Positions 1 to 14,180 of a stretch of 64,000 bases of DNA are shown here, piece by piece. Within the stretch, counting starts at the first letter, position 1, and each line of letters opens with the position of its first letter. This DNA comes from Malacoraja senta (taxonomy: Eukaryota). Position numbers and translations under genes: made by a program. The DNA lies in NCBI GenBank assembly GCA_038087875.1, contig CM075993.1:1738001-1802000 (forward strand). Reading direction: 5' to 3'. The notes beneath the pieces were generated by a model. That model was not told the origin of the DNA. It saw nothing but the letters and a program-made list of their open reading frames with translations, and did not search any database.

Positions 1-1129
1 TGTGTTTGAAGGCTTTAAAATAACTTCTTCAGTCGAATGGATCTTTGGCTCTGAAATGCACAGAGCAAAAATAGAGGTTGTTAGTTAATGTGATGCTAGT
101 GCACAGCGAAAAACAGATGCAGCCAACTCTCAGTCACCAACCACTCGGAAATACAACTCTCTCTCGATGAACTGCTGGGTTTATGCACTTACAACACTGC
201 TATTAACCCAAAAACTGTGCCCACAGCTGACTATTAGCAAAGTAGCAAACACTATTCTCTACAAAAACCCTAATTGCCTTGCAAATTCACTCAATGTGGT
301 TTAGAGCACAATTCACTGAGATTGTAAAAGGCTTGAGATGACCGACAAGTTTGTTGCTGACAAGTTCAAGGTTATTTGCTGTCGCTCTATCTGACTCCAA
401 ATCTGGAGAAAATTGTTTTGTAAAAATGCTGACGCAAATGGAATGCACGGTGAACGCCAGCATCGTCACGACATGACATGTCAGGCTGGCGTAGCTGCAA
501 GCCAAGTCTGCACTTGGCAATGCTGAAATGTGATAATAAAGATAAAAAGATAGGACTAGGCAATTCTGTGTATTGTGAATTTACTATTGACTCCACTACT
601 ATTAATTTAGCCCTGTGCGAGTTGAAAATGGCAGTTTACAATAAGTGGAATTCCATGCATAAAACTCATTCTATGGGTTATATAAAGAATTGCTTCCATT
701 ACTGATTATTTAATTCATTCCCGTGCACCTGACTGTAAATCTACTCTCCATTCTCAAAAGAGTTAAGTGATAAGTTAGCAGGATCTGTCTGGTAATGGTT
801 AGGGTCTCAGACAGGTTTAAATCAGGTGACAATGAGAACTGATTGAGTAAAAAAAAATCAACAGGCCCAATGAATATAATTATTTGAAATTGGAAAATTA
901 AATGATAGAATGAACAATCAAAAACCATTCCCAAAATAAATATGGTGCAGGCAGAATACTAAACACCTCACCAGCACTGTACATTTATTACAGCATCCAC
1001 AATCAAATCCTGGCAACATATACACAAATGTCCTACTTTCAATCTAGGAGAACTTGTACCTTCCGAAGAGTCCACCAGGGACTATACTGGAAGTTGGACA
1101 ATTTTATACTGGACAATTTAAAAAAAAAA

Positions 1130-1328
1130 CATTTATCAAGCCAATTAACCTACAAACCTGTACGTCTTTGGAATGTGGGTGGAAACCGAAGATCTCGGAG
1201 AAAACCTACTCAGATCACAGGGAGAACGTACAAACTCCGTACAGACAGCGCCTGTAGTCGGGATTGAACCCGGGTCTCTGGCGCTGCATTTTGCTGTAAG
1301 ACAGCAACTCTACTGCTGCGCCACGGTG
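1130..1328 (-). mobile_element. HE1-like V-SINE, 5' part
   Basis: Same A/B box head and V-domain. Confidence 0.8.
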
Positions 1329-2989
1329 AACTTATAGTTCAAATAGCTGGAACTAGGGATTTTAAACCCCCCCTAAAATATTAAAACTAAAAGATGCCAT
1401 CAATTTTGGGATGTTTTTTGCTGAGTATAGTCTACACTCTACATGATTGGTTGCTAAACTGAACTTGAACCCGATTATCCAACCCAAATCCAAAGGCTAC
1501 ACACTGGGTTTGGGGTCAGGTACACATCCAGATAAAACACGGGTCTGGGTTTGGGCATGCCAGACCCAGACTGGATCAGTCAGTATTTTATTCAGGATGA
1601 GTTTCTCAGTATTACTACATATGCCCTCTGTTCATCCTCAAATAGATCATTAGTATGTTGCAAAATAACATTGCTAAAGGAACTCAGAAGGTCAGACAGC
1701 ATCTATGGAGGTAGAGGGAAGGTAATTGATGATCCCTCTCCCTCCACAGATGAAGCCTGACCTGCTGTGTTCCTCCAGCAGTTTGTTTTTTGCTCCATGT
1801 TGCCAGTCTCGGACATCTTCAGTCGCATATTTCAGAATGTTACAATCGTATTCCACAATTTATTAAAGGAGTGCTTTCACAGAAAACTTGGTAAATGGTA
1901 CAGGCTCGATAAAATGTATGGTGCTAATTTTTGGTACCGCATAGTCCAAAAGGTATAGAGCAGTACGTTATTCACCAAAGTGAAAAAATAGATTTGGAAA
2001 TCGAGGCACCCTAAAGATTCAGTCGTGTTGAGAAAATTTGCAACCAAGACATGGATAAATCAAGGAACACCTACATTCACAACAATGACTGGGTCAGGTA
2101 TGGGATAAAATTCTACGTATTCGGGTCTGGTTTTATTTTCCCGAGCAAATCTTTAATCTGACATACTGCTATATGTCAGCTGCAAAACCCAATGCAGACA
2201 CATAAATCCAATTACGCTAATGAAAAAACTTTAGCTACGTTTGAGATTAGTAAACTGTTTACTACATTTGAGTGTCAGTAACTAGTTTGCTTCCTCTGTA
2301 AAAAATGTGAAGAGTGTGAGCTAATGAGTCTCCACTGGTGTTGATCATGAGGATTCAAATGCTTAATGCTGTACTTTAAAAAAAAACTATTTCATGCAAG
2401 TCTATTATTATTTTTAATCAATGTCCTTTTGATATCACCAAAATTGTTAATGTCATGTCACTGAAAACTCAGCTTTTAAAGAGCTTATGACCTTCAATCC
2501 CCTCTTTGACAAAGATAACCTACTTCTACCTGCAGAACCGATTTTACCTTCCTCAACATAAGGGCTGGTCCCGCCTTTAAAAGCTTTCCATAATCATCTC
2601 CAGGCATATCCATACCAACACATTAGTAAACGACTTTTTGCTTAACCTGGCCTCTTCTTCTGCCAAAATTCAGTTGTTTGTTTCTTTTTCAGCAGACTTG
2701 TAACTACCGTTTTGTTGATCCACGAATTCCCCTCTCCCAACAGCACTATTCAAACTCCACCTTAAAACAACTTTGTCATCCCTTTCTGGAAATACATTTA
2801 CAAGTATCAATCCCCTCCGCCCATATCTTCAACCTGACCATATTCACATCAGTCTTTCTCCTTGCCATTGGAATTTTAGCTAAGTCTGCAGGCGAACATT
2901 CTCTTCCAAAATATCTCAAATCTGTCCTCAATAAGGACCACTTCACAGCAATCTTCTGCCAGCGTGATAGCACCCTGGGGAGTGTGGTA

Positions 2990-3570
2990 TAACGATGAAA
3001 CCTTGGAGGACAGGCAAATAGTTCCCCGAAAGTGGTGTCAGAGGTAGATGGGATGGTCAAGGCAGCTTTTTGTACATTGGCCTTCATCAGTCAGTGTGTT
3101 GAGGGGGTATTGTATAGAAGTTGGGACACTGTTACAGTTGTACCATACATTGGTGAGTCCACACTTGGAGACTGAATAAAGCTACTCAGTTCTGGTTATC
3201 TTGCTGTAGGAAGGATGTCAGTAAACTAGAATGAGTGCAGAGATTAACATGGATATTGCCAGGACCTGAGGGGCTGAGCTATAGGGAGAGGTTGGGCAGG
3301 CTAGGACTTTATTCCTTGGAGCGCAGGAGACTAAAGGGTAATCTTATAGAGGTGTATAAAATCATGAGGGGAATAGATAGGGTGAATGTCCAGGATAAGG
3401 GAATCAAAAACAAAAGAACATATGTTTACGATGAGAGGGGCAAGATTTAATACACACCTGGGCGGCAACTTTTTCACTCAGAGGGTGGTGGGTGTGGGGA
3501 ACGAGCTGTCTGAGGAGGTAGTTGAGGCAGATACTATAACAGCATTTAAAAGACACTTGGACAGGTACAT
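2990..3570 (+). mobile_element. HER1/CR1-like LINE 3' fragment
   Basis: LPGxEGLSYRERLGRLGLYSLERRRLKGNLIEVYKIMRGIDRV. Related fragments at about 8960-9290 (-), 18150-18820 (+, old), 25455-25880 (+), 35045-35600 (-), 37140-37395 (+), 37985-38170 (+), 61080-61535 (+), 61540-61860 (-) and 62980-63270 (+). Confidence 0.85.
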
Positions 3571-6198
3571 GTATTTGTACACATGACTATGTATTTTATA
3601 TTCTAATCCCCCTTTCCATTGAAATTAAATATTGAATCTTCTGACCCATGGAAAGCAGGAGGGGAACACATTGCCAGGGTCAGTCAGAAAAGCAGCAATA
3701 AGTCAAAACAGTAATAAAATCTCCCTTCACCACATATTTTCACAAACGAGTCAAAATCTAATAGAAAGAAGCTTGAATAAATCATCTTTAAAGAATATAA
3801 TAATATCATGACCTTTTTTTAATTAATTCTAGATAGTATCTAGTGTCCATTCATAACCATTTTGCAAGACTATCGGCCTGGCATAACAGACTGCAAAGAC
3901 AGTAAACCATCCATCCCAATTCTGACCATTCATGAGTCAAGCACTGTCTCAACTGGCATCGCTTCAATGGAATGGAAGTTAAACCTCCAATGTGTTTTCT
4001 TTGACCTGCAGATTGCCTTGAAAAATAAGTTAATTTCAATCATGAATACAATGTTTTACATATTTCAGTCTTGCTTGTTGAAATTTCCAATGCAATAAAA
4101 AATAATAGAAGAAACGAGGTCAGAATTCCACCCCTCTCATCTCAGGAGCAAAGTTAAAGAGGTTTTGCATCTATCTTTCTCTGTATCAGTTTAGATCATT
4201 TTTTTTCTTCCTCACATTAAAAAATGTTTTTTTCCCCACACAGGGGTTTACAAGAATATGTTGAAAAGATTCTAAATCAAAATGTCCTAAGATTACATAT
4301 CACTTGACATCCAAAATAACGAATAAAGGAAACTCAGTACAACTTAGATTGCTGAACTATAAATGGTCAAATGAATAATATTCCATTTGTTGCACGATCT
4401 ATGTGAAATAATAACAAATATGAACATTACCTTAAAGACATGATCCCATTAAAATTAAGCAGGCTATGCCGACTACTTTATGAAAAGCTGATACGATATA
4501 GGAGGCGAAAGTGAATATGGAAAGCAGAGTATAGTTATGGTGTGCTCTAGTCTGTGGGATGGGAAGAATAAGCATGTTGGGGTAGAGATGCAGAGGATTA
4601 AGAAATAATTCTCAGTAGCAGGATCACTGTCTTTAATGATGTACTCACCATCCTGAATGTGGTGTTCTTACAATTAATATCAAATAACTTACCATTAGTA
4701 CTGAAAAATAAAGGATGAAAGGAATACCCTCAAATGAAGAATAATGCAACATTAAACTTTCCATTAACTACAACAGAAGACTAGAAATCATCAACAAATA
4801 TTGTAAATATTCTCTAACATTTCCCACCACTTTAAAATGAAGGCACATGCTACATGCTTTAAATCTTGCTGAACAGCAACTTTTGGGAAAAGGTTATAAT
4901 TCTACCGCATTTTCAAATGTAGATGAAATCTCTTCATGGTGATAAAGGTTGTCCAGATCTCTGAGGTAAAAAGGGTTCCACAAATCTAGCATAATTGCTA
5001 ATACTTATATAGTCATTCTTTCTCTGAACTACCAGATAGAATGCACAAAACGTGATTAACATTTAAGGTTTTTTTTGATGATTAGCAGACTTCACTTTGT
5101 TTAGAGAAGTATGATGAATAAAATCTTTATGTTGGTCTTAGTTGGTTAATATTTTCAATGCTGTGCATTTGCACAATGATAAAATGATATTAGCTCTCTA
5201 GGGGTTATTAGTTAGTTGAAATAGTCATTCAGAAACCATGCAAATCTGGGGCTCAAAACATCTTCTCCCTCATACTCCCAATCAATTCATCTACACACAG
5301 CAAACCTCATGTTTATGGCTTTAAAAAGAAACGTTGTAAAAGTGGAATATATGACCTTCAGCAAACTGCATTTAACATCACTGCAATTCTATCTAAATTG
5401 AAATAACTGCTATATTTGTAATGTCAACTTTTATAAGGTTCAAAATATGCCTAGCTAGTAGAATGCACCATAAAATATTTAATATTCTAGTACTTGGATT
5501 ATGAGCGCACCAAATTTAATCAGTACCAGGATTCAGTATCAAAAATAATTGTAAAACCGCTGTCCTGCACCATTTTGTAATGCCCTGCAGTTGCAGATGC
5601 CAATTAGCATGCGGAGCATCTCTCTTTGCAGTTCGCTATGCCATCTGTCTCGTATCCAGCAAACAGTAAAAATAAAACTTCACATGCACACCCACGCAGG
5701 CATTCATCAGCACTCTAGCGGCTGCCATGACTGCTTCAAAAGAAAATTGATCTGGTTAGCAGCTTTGTGTCCCAAGCACTAAAAGGTTCAATACAATGAT
5801 CGATTAAACACACAACTGCTCAGGCTACAGGGCTCACAATATTCATGGGGAAAGTCAGGAAGAGGAAGGGGGGGGGGGGGGGGGGAGGGGTATACTTAGA
5901 TGGCAAGGGATTTATGGGACACACACATTACAATACATACTACACGATTAATACGGAACTCTGCGTAGTATGGCTTCAATACTGCTTTTTTTTCTAATGG
6001 AAGTTATTCACAAACTAGAGGCATCATGAGGGGGAGAGGCAAGACAAGGTACAATAATCCAGGCATTTCTGGACGATTAAATGGGAGTGCAGGTCTACAA
6101 CATTGTAAATGAGGAGGGTGGTGGGGAAGAATTAAGTAGAGACAAGAGGAAAGGAGCAAGGTCTCAATGACCAGCAGGAACTACTAATGGTACTACTA

Positions 6199-6597
<399 letters not shown>

Positions 6598-9500
6598 TCA
6601 AAGCAGCCCTAAACTCTGAGAATAGTCTTAACTGTAGACATATAAACAGAAATTGTTCATTTCTACATTAGCTTAGAAAACAATACTGGAAAAGAACAGT
6701 GTATATAATTGAAAGAAAATCACAATATTAGGTACAGACATGGAAAAAGGGTACATACAAAAAGTGGAGTATGGAATTTTAATTAATTGTAGGGTCAAAC
6801 TGTCCTCAAAGAATTTGTTAGGAATCATTAAGAAAAGGACAGGCAATCTGAAGAATTGCACAAGACACAAATAATGTAGAAATGGCCAGGGATTTTTTTT
6901 TGGAATTTTTAGAAATTTATGAAATGTGCACAAATTTCAAGAACAACAGGGCAAATAGTTTGTTGCACTCTGTGTAACTGGCCATTTGAGATATATTGGA
7001 AATTTAATCACCTAGCTAGTATTAACTGACATGGATCCTTACCAATCAATACCCAAAACGCAGAGCTTTTTGGACTGTTGAAGCCACTTTACGTGACTGG
7101 AAATACATCCAGAGCAGTAAAGCCCACTAACTTTCTCATAATTACTAACTAATAATCTTAAACTCCACAAAGTATACCCAACTCCATTATACCTCAACAT
7201 CACAGAACAGTCATAAATAAATCACTTGATTCATTTTATTGCACTGGGAAATCTAGTTAGAAGCAGTCATCTTACTGATTATCAACAAACTGAAAAGAGA
7301 GAATGTAAATCTCAAGGAACAATTCAATTTTGCCTGCCATAAATTGGTTTGAACAGATTCCTACATATTTTAGCACTTGCAAAATTCACAAAACACAACC
7401 ACAACCATGTACACAAATAAATTGTAATTAAAATCAAAATAACAAATGTCAAGGGTCCTTTTCTAAACATTTATTTCAGTTTTTAGACAATCTCAATTGT
7501 TAATCAAGCTTTTACTCAAGCGATATACTTTGAAACTCTTAGATAAATAGAAATCATAGCCAATATATCCAAAGGGATACATTGAAGTGCATTTCTGAAT
7601 ATTGAGTTCAACTACCAATTAGCAGATTTTAAAAAACTGGCATTCAGTAATTGACATGAGAAATATCACTGGCACATTTATACTCTTAAGTTAGTTATAT
7701 TGAAAAATAGACCAAAACTAATTGAATTTATTGTCTCAGTTTTAAATTTCTCATTATTCTCATATTCCTCCATAACCTTCATATTTCTCACCATTCATAC
7801 TCTAAAAATCCTCAGACTTCTGCACATCTCTAATTCTGGACACTTACACTTTCAATGTTTAATGACCATCATGTTGGCACATTGCAACGGTTTAGGCCCT
7901 ACATTTTGGAATTCCCTCTGTAAATCTCTTTGCCACTCAATCTTTCTTTATTCAGATACTTGTTAAAACAGCAACCATTCACTCTAATATCTCCATTTGG
8001 TTCTCTATTAAATGTAGTTTTGCCAACTTATTTGCATGTTCTTGTTATCAATGATAATATCATTCATGCCATAGAGCTGAGCATTGAAATGTTGAACCAT
8101 GTCGTGCAATTGTTTGCAATCTAAGGGATCGGCCTTACTGGCACAGAATAGACAATTCTTAACCATGCCACATCTAGCCGAGGAGGCAGTAGCACAAACA
8201 TATACAAGGCTTTTAGTAATCCTAGTGACAAAATATCACTAGTGTATGGAAGTTGGACTGGCTGCTCGATTGGATCATAACAGCAGAAGAATAATATAGG
8301 AAAGGTGTACGTAATTTTAGCATTATGAAGGGGTACATCAAGAATGTACATTATATTAGTAAATTCATACTAACATATGAATAAGAGAAAAGGATGTACA
8401 TTAATCATAGCTGATCAGAGACCAAACCCATATACTGGATTTGTATCAATTCTCGATACCTTGAATTGACAAAATTCAAGGTTTAAAATTAACTAACAAT
8501 TTATAAACACAAACAGTTCAGATTATTAGTACAACCTCCAGATATTACCCATGGAAGGACTGAATCGGATTTTATGTTTGTCTTCTGGTCCTTGTGTAAT
8601 ATTTTACCTTTCAATTAAATCTGCCCTAGAAGCTACAAACATTTGTGGTTCAGAAACAAAGGTATTTAACCAAAAGAACATTATTTTGAAGTATCAACCT
8701 CAGCATCCAATGTAACAGAGAGAAACTTCAAATAATTAATTTGAAGGCAAGATCAGTTTGCAAAGTGAAGGGCCTACTATATATGCATGTCTTGGCTGTT
8801 GTGTACCAACAGGAAAATACTAACCTTTCTGCCATTTTAAGAGCACAATTTGCCAGTCGCATCATACTGCAACAGCTTATAAGCACACAGACTTTATATG
8901 TAAACTCACATGTTTGATGCAAAGTCAAGATGTCCTGCAGTTGCTTAATAGCGTCAAAGAGTGATACGGCGTGGAAACAGGCCCTTCGGCCCAATTTGCC
9001 CACACCGGCCAACATGTCCCAGCTAGACTAATCCCACCTGTCTGCGTTTGGTCCATATCCCTACAAACCTGCCCTATCCATGTACCTGTCTAACTCTTTC
9101 TTAAATGTTGTGATAGATCAACTACCTCCTTTGGCAGCTTGTTCCATGCACCCACCACCCTCCGTGTGTAAACGTTACCCCTCAGATCCCTATGAAATCT
9201 TTTCCCCTTCACCTTAAATCTATGTCCTCTGGTCCTCGATTCACCTACTCTGGTCAAGATACTCTGTGCATCCACCTGATCTGTTCTTCTCAGCATGTAC
9301 GATTATTAAGATGGACGACTCCATAGTTACTAGATGTCAGAAATCCATCTGAACTGACATCTATCTGCCAGCAATCCATGTGAGATGCCAGAGATTGCTG
9401 GATCTTGGATATCAAATTTAAGGTCAGCATAGAAAGCAAATGTTTTGCTTGTCAAAATCCAGCCCAACATGCCTAAATAAAACACATACTTCCCATTAAC

Positions 9501-9665
9501 AACATAAAAAACACAGACAGTGTGATAGGAAAGAGTATTTGAATGAGTAAAGATGGCCTACTGCAATTGCATGAGGCCCAGGTGAGATTGTACCTGGTAT
9601 TTGTGGACACAAGCTTGGTGTCCATACATAAGAGATATAGGCGTACACCAATTTGATTCCTGATA

Positions 9666-12600
9666 TAGATACATAGATACATAGAAAATAGGTGCAGGAG
9701 TAGGCCATTCGGCCCTTCGAGCCTGCACCGCCATTCAATATGATCATGGCTGATCATCCAACTCAGTATCCCGTACCTGCCTTCTCTCCATACCCCCTGA
9801 TCCCTTTAGCCACATCTAACTCCCTCTTAAATATAGCCAATGAACTGGCCTCAACTACCCTCTGTGGAAGAGAGTTCCAGAGATTCACCACTCTCTGTGT
9901 GAAAAAGTTTTTCCTCATCTCGGTGTTAAAGGATTTCCCCCTTATCCTTAAGCTGTGACCCCTTGTCCTGGACTTCCCCAACATCGGGAACAATCTTCCT
10001 GCATCTAGCCTGTCCAACCCCATAAGAATTTTGTACGTTTCTATAAGATCCCCTCTCAATCTCCTAAATTCTAGCGAGTATAAGCCAAGTCTATCCAGTC
10101 TTTCTTCATATGAAAGTCCTGACATCCCAGGAATCAGTCTGGTGAACCTTCTCTGCACTCCCTCTATGGCTATAATGTCCTTCCTCAGATTTGGAGACCA
10201 AAACTGTACGCAATACTCCAGGTGTGGTCTCACCAAGACCCTGTACAACTGCTGTAGAACCTCCCTGCTCTTATACTCAAATCCTCTTGCTATGAAGGCC
10301 AACATACCATTCGCTTTCTTCACTGCCTGCTGCACCTGCATGCCTACTTTCAATGACTGGTGTACCATGACACCCAGGTCTCGCTGCATCTCCCCATTTC
10401 CTAATCGGCCACCATTTAGATAATAGTCTGCCTTCCCGTTTTTGCAACCAAAGTGGATAACCTCACATTTATCCACATTATACTGCATCTGCCAAACATT
10501 TGCCCACTCACCCAGCCTATCCAAGTCACCTTGCAGTCTCCTAGCATCCTCCTCACAGCTAACACTGCCCCCCAGCTTAGTGTCATCCGCAAACTTGGGG
10601 ATGTTGCTTTCAATTCCCTCGTCCAGATCATTAATATAAATTGTAAATAGCTGGGGTCCCAGCACTGAGCCTTGCGGTACCCCACTAGTCACTGCCTGCC
10701 ATTGTGAAAAGGACCCGTTTACTCCTACTCTTTGCTTCCTGTTTGCCAGCCAGTTCTCTATCCACATCAATACTGAACCCCCAATACCGTGTGATTAAGT
10801 TTGTATCCTAATCTATTATGTGGTACCTTGTCGAAAGCCTTCTGAAAGTCCAGATACAACACATCCACTGGTTCTCCCCTATCCACTCTACTAGTTACAT
10901 CCTCGAAAAATCTATAAGATTCGTCAGACACGATTTACCTTTCGTAAATCCATGCTGACTTTGTCCAATGATTTCACCACTTTCCAAATGTGCTGCTATC
11001 CCATCTTTAATAACTGACTCTAGCAGTTTCCCCACTACCGATGTTAGACTAACTGGTCTGTAATTCCCCGTTTTCTCTCTCCCTCCCTTCTTAAAAAGTG
11101 GGGTTACGTTTGCTACCCTCCAATCCTCAGGAACTACTCCAGAATCTAAAGAGTTTTGAAAAATTATCACTAATGCATCCACTATTTCTGGAGCTACTTC
11201 CTTAAGTACTCTGGGATGCAGCCTATCTGGCCCTGGTGATTTATCGGCCTTTAATCCATTCAATTTACCCAACACCACTTCCCGACTAACCTGGATTTCA
11301 CTCAGTTCCTCCATCTCCTTTGACCCGCGGCCCCCTGCTATTTCCGGCAGATTATTTATGTCTTCCTTAGTGAAGACGGAACCAAAGTACTTATTCAATT
11401 GGTCCGCCATATCCTTGTTCCCCATGATCAATTCACCTGTTTCTGACTGCAAGGGACCTACATTTGTTTTAACTAATCTCTTTCTCTTCACATATCTATA
11501 AAAACTTTTGCAGTCAGTTTTTATGTTCCCTGCCAGTTTCCTTTCATAATCTATTTCCCTTTCCTAATTAAGCCCTTTGTCCTCCTCTGCTGGTCTCTGA
11601 ATTTCTCCCAGTCCTCTGGTATGCTGCTTTTTCTGGCTAATTTGTACGCATCATCTTTTGCTTTGATACTATCCCTGATTTCCCTTGTTATCCACGGATG
11701 CACTACCTTCCCTGATTTATTCTTTTGCCAAACTGGGATGAACAATTTTTGTAGTTCATCCATGCAGTCTTTAAATGCCTTCCATTGCATATCCACCGTC
11801 AACCCTTTTAGAACTAATTGCCAGTCAATCTTGGCCAATTCACGTCTCATACCCTCAAAGTTACCTTTCTTTAAATTCAGAACCATTGTTTCTGAATTAA
11901 CAATGTCACTCTCCATCCTAATGAAGAACTCAACCATATTATGGTCACTCTTGCCCAAGGGGGCACGCACAACAAGACTGCTAACTAACCCTTCCTCATT
12001 ACTCAATACCCAGTGTAGAATAGCCTGCTCTCTCGTTGGTTCCTCTACATGTTGGTTTAGATAACTATCCCGCATACATTCCAAGAAGTCCTCTTCCTCA
12101 GCACCCCTGCCAATTTGATTCACCCAATCTATATGTAGATTGAAGTCACCCATTATAACTGTTTTGCCTTTGTTGCACGCATTTCTAATTTCCTGTTTGA
12201 TGCCATCCCCAACTTCACTACTACTGCTAGGTGGCCTGTACACAACACCCACCAGCGTTTTCTGCCCCATAGTGTTTCGTAGCTCTACCCATACGGATTC
12301 CACATCCTCCAAGCTAATGTCCTTCCTTTCCACTGCGTTAATCTCCTCTCTAACCAGCAACGCTACCCCACCTCCTTTTCCTTTCTCTCTATCCCTCCTG
12401 AATATTGAATATCCCTGGATGTTCAGCTCCCAGCCTTGGTCACCCTGGAGCCATGTCTCCGTGATCCCAACTATATCATAATCATTAATTGCTATCTGCA
12501 CGTTCAACTCATCGACCTTATTACGAATGCTCCTTGCATTGAGACACAAAGCCTTCAGGCTTGTTTTTACAACGCTCTTACCCCTTAAACAATTATGTTG

Positions 12601-14020
12601 AAAAGTGGCATTTTGATTTTTGCCCTGGATTTGTCTGCCTGCCACTTTTACTTTTCACCTTGCTACCTATTGCTTCCGCCCGCATTTTACACCCCTCTGT
12701 TTCTCTGCTCACCCATTTAAGAACCCCACCACCTCTTATTCTGTTTATTATTGTTTTCTTCTACCCCCCTACATGTTGGGTCTGAGTGCTTTCCTTCTCT
12801 GCCTCCTGCCTCACACACTGTCTAATAGCATTCTCTATTTGAGTCCCTCCCCCCAACAATTATAGTTTAAAGTCTCCCCAGTAGCCTTTGCAGATCTCCC
12901 CGCCAGGATATCGGTCCCCCTCAGGTTCAAGTGCAACCCATCCTTTTTGTACAGGTCGACCCTTCCACAAAAGAGGTCCCAATGATCCAGAAATTTGAAT
13001 CCCTGCCTTCTGCACCAGTCCTTCAGCCACGCATTTATCCTCCACCTCGCTCCATTCCTACTCTCACTGTCGCGTGGCACAGGCAGTAATCCCGAGATTG
13101 TTACCTTTGCTGTACTTCTCTTTAACTCCCCTCCTAACTCCCTAAATTCTCCTTTCAGGAGGGGAGTTAAAGAGAAGTACAGCAAAGGTAACAATCTCGG
13201 GATTACTGCCTGTGCCACGCGACAGTGAGAGTAGGAATGGAGCGAGGTGGAGGATAAATGCGTGGCTGAAGGACTGGTGCAGAAGGCAGGGATTCAAATT
13301 TCTGGATCTTTTTTTACCTATGTCATTGGTACCTATATGTATCACGACCTCGGGGCTCCTCTCCCTGCCCTTTCAGGATGTCTTGGACACGTTGAGACAC
13401 ATCACAGACCCTGGCACCAGGGAGGCAAACTACCATCCGGGTCTCCCGACTGCGTCCACAGAATCGCCTGTCTGACCCCCTAACTATAGAGTCCCCTATT
13501 AATATTGCCCTCCTCTTCTTTTCCTTACCCTTCTGAGCAACAGGACCGGTCTCTGTATCGGAGGCCCGGCCGCTGTCGCTACCCCCAGGTAGGCTGTCCA
13601 CCCCAACAGTGCTCAAACAGGAGTACTTATTGTCAAGGTGTACAGCCACCGGGGTACTCTCTAGTCCCTGCCTGTGCCCCTTGCCTCTCCCAACCGTGAT
13701 CCACTTGCCTGCCTCCTGTGGTGTTGGAGTGACCACATCCCTGTAACTCCTCTCAATGACTTCCTCGCTCTCCCTGACCAGACGGAGGTCATCGAGCTGC
13801 TGCTCCAGGTTCCTAATACGGTCCATTAGGAGCCCCATCTCGATACACCTGGCGCAGATGTGGACGTCTGGAGGGCTATCAGACTCCATGACTTCCCACA
13901 TCTGACATCCAGAACAGTAAACTGCCCTGGCCCTCATACTCCCCTTACCCGCTCGGGTGTAGCTCCTCCCTCTGCGATCTCTCCAACGGCTCTCAGGCCG
14001 TTGGAGAGATCGTTGGAGAG
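9666..14020 (-). mobile_element. Near full-length CR1-clade LINE, disrupted, in NPTN intron 1 (sense to NPTN)
   Basis: ORF1 from about 13937: CSGC..CARC zinc finger, leucine zipper, GDSIVRG SGNH esterase. ORF2: APE endonuclease (LNARSIRNK, GITETWL, GDFN, SDHN) and RT (GVPQGSVLGP, KFADD), split by frameshifts. 3' end has 8-nt (TATGTATC)n repeats. Confidence 0.95.
12984..13308. repeat. 152-bp inverted duplication with 21-bp spacer inside CR1 ORF1
   Basis: 12984-13135 is the reverse complement of 13157-13308. Confidence 0.92.
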
Positions 14021-14180
14021 GTGTAGGAAAAACTGCAGATGCTGGTTTAAACTGACGAGTCACAAAAAGCTGGAGTAAGTCAGCGGGTCAGACAGCATCT
14101 CTGGAGAAAAGGAGTAGGAGACGGTTCGGGTCGAGACCCTTCTTCAGACTTGCTGAGTTCCTCCAGCTTTTTGTGTCTAT
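14021..14180. mobile_element. Short PLE-terminal-repeat-derived element
   Basis: GGAA(G/A)AACTGCAGATGCTGG terminus, antisense hammerhead, partial inverted arm. Confidence 0.75.

Noticed and set aside
9763..12645. Active or domesticated reverse transcriptase gene
   Set aside because: ORF2 is broken by several frameshifts and ORF1 by an inversion; a dead CR1 copy.
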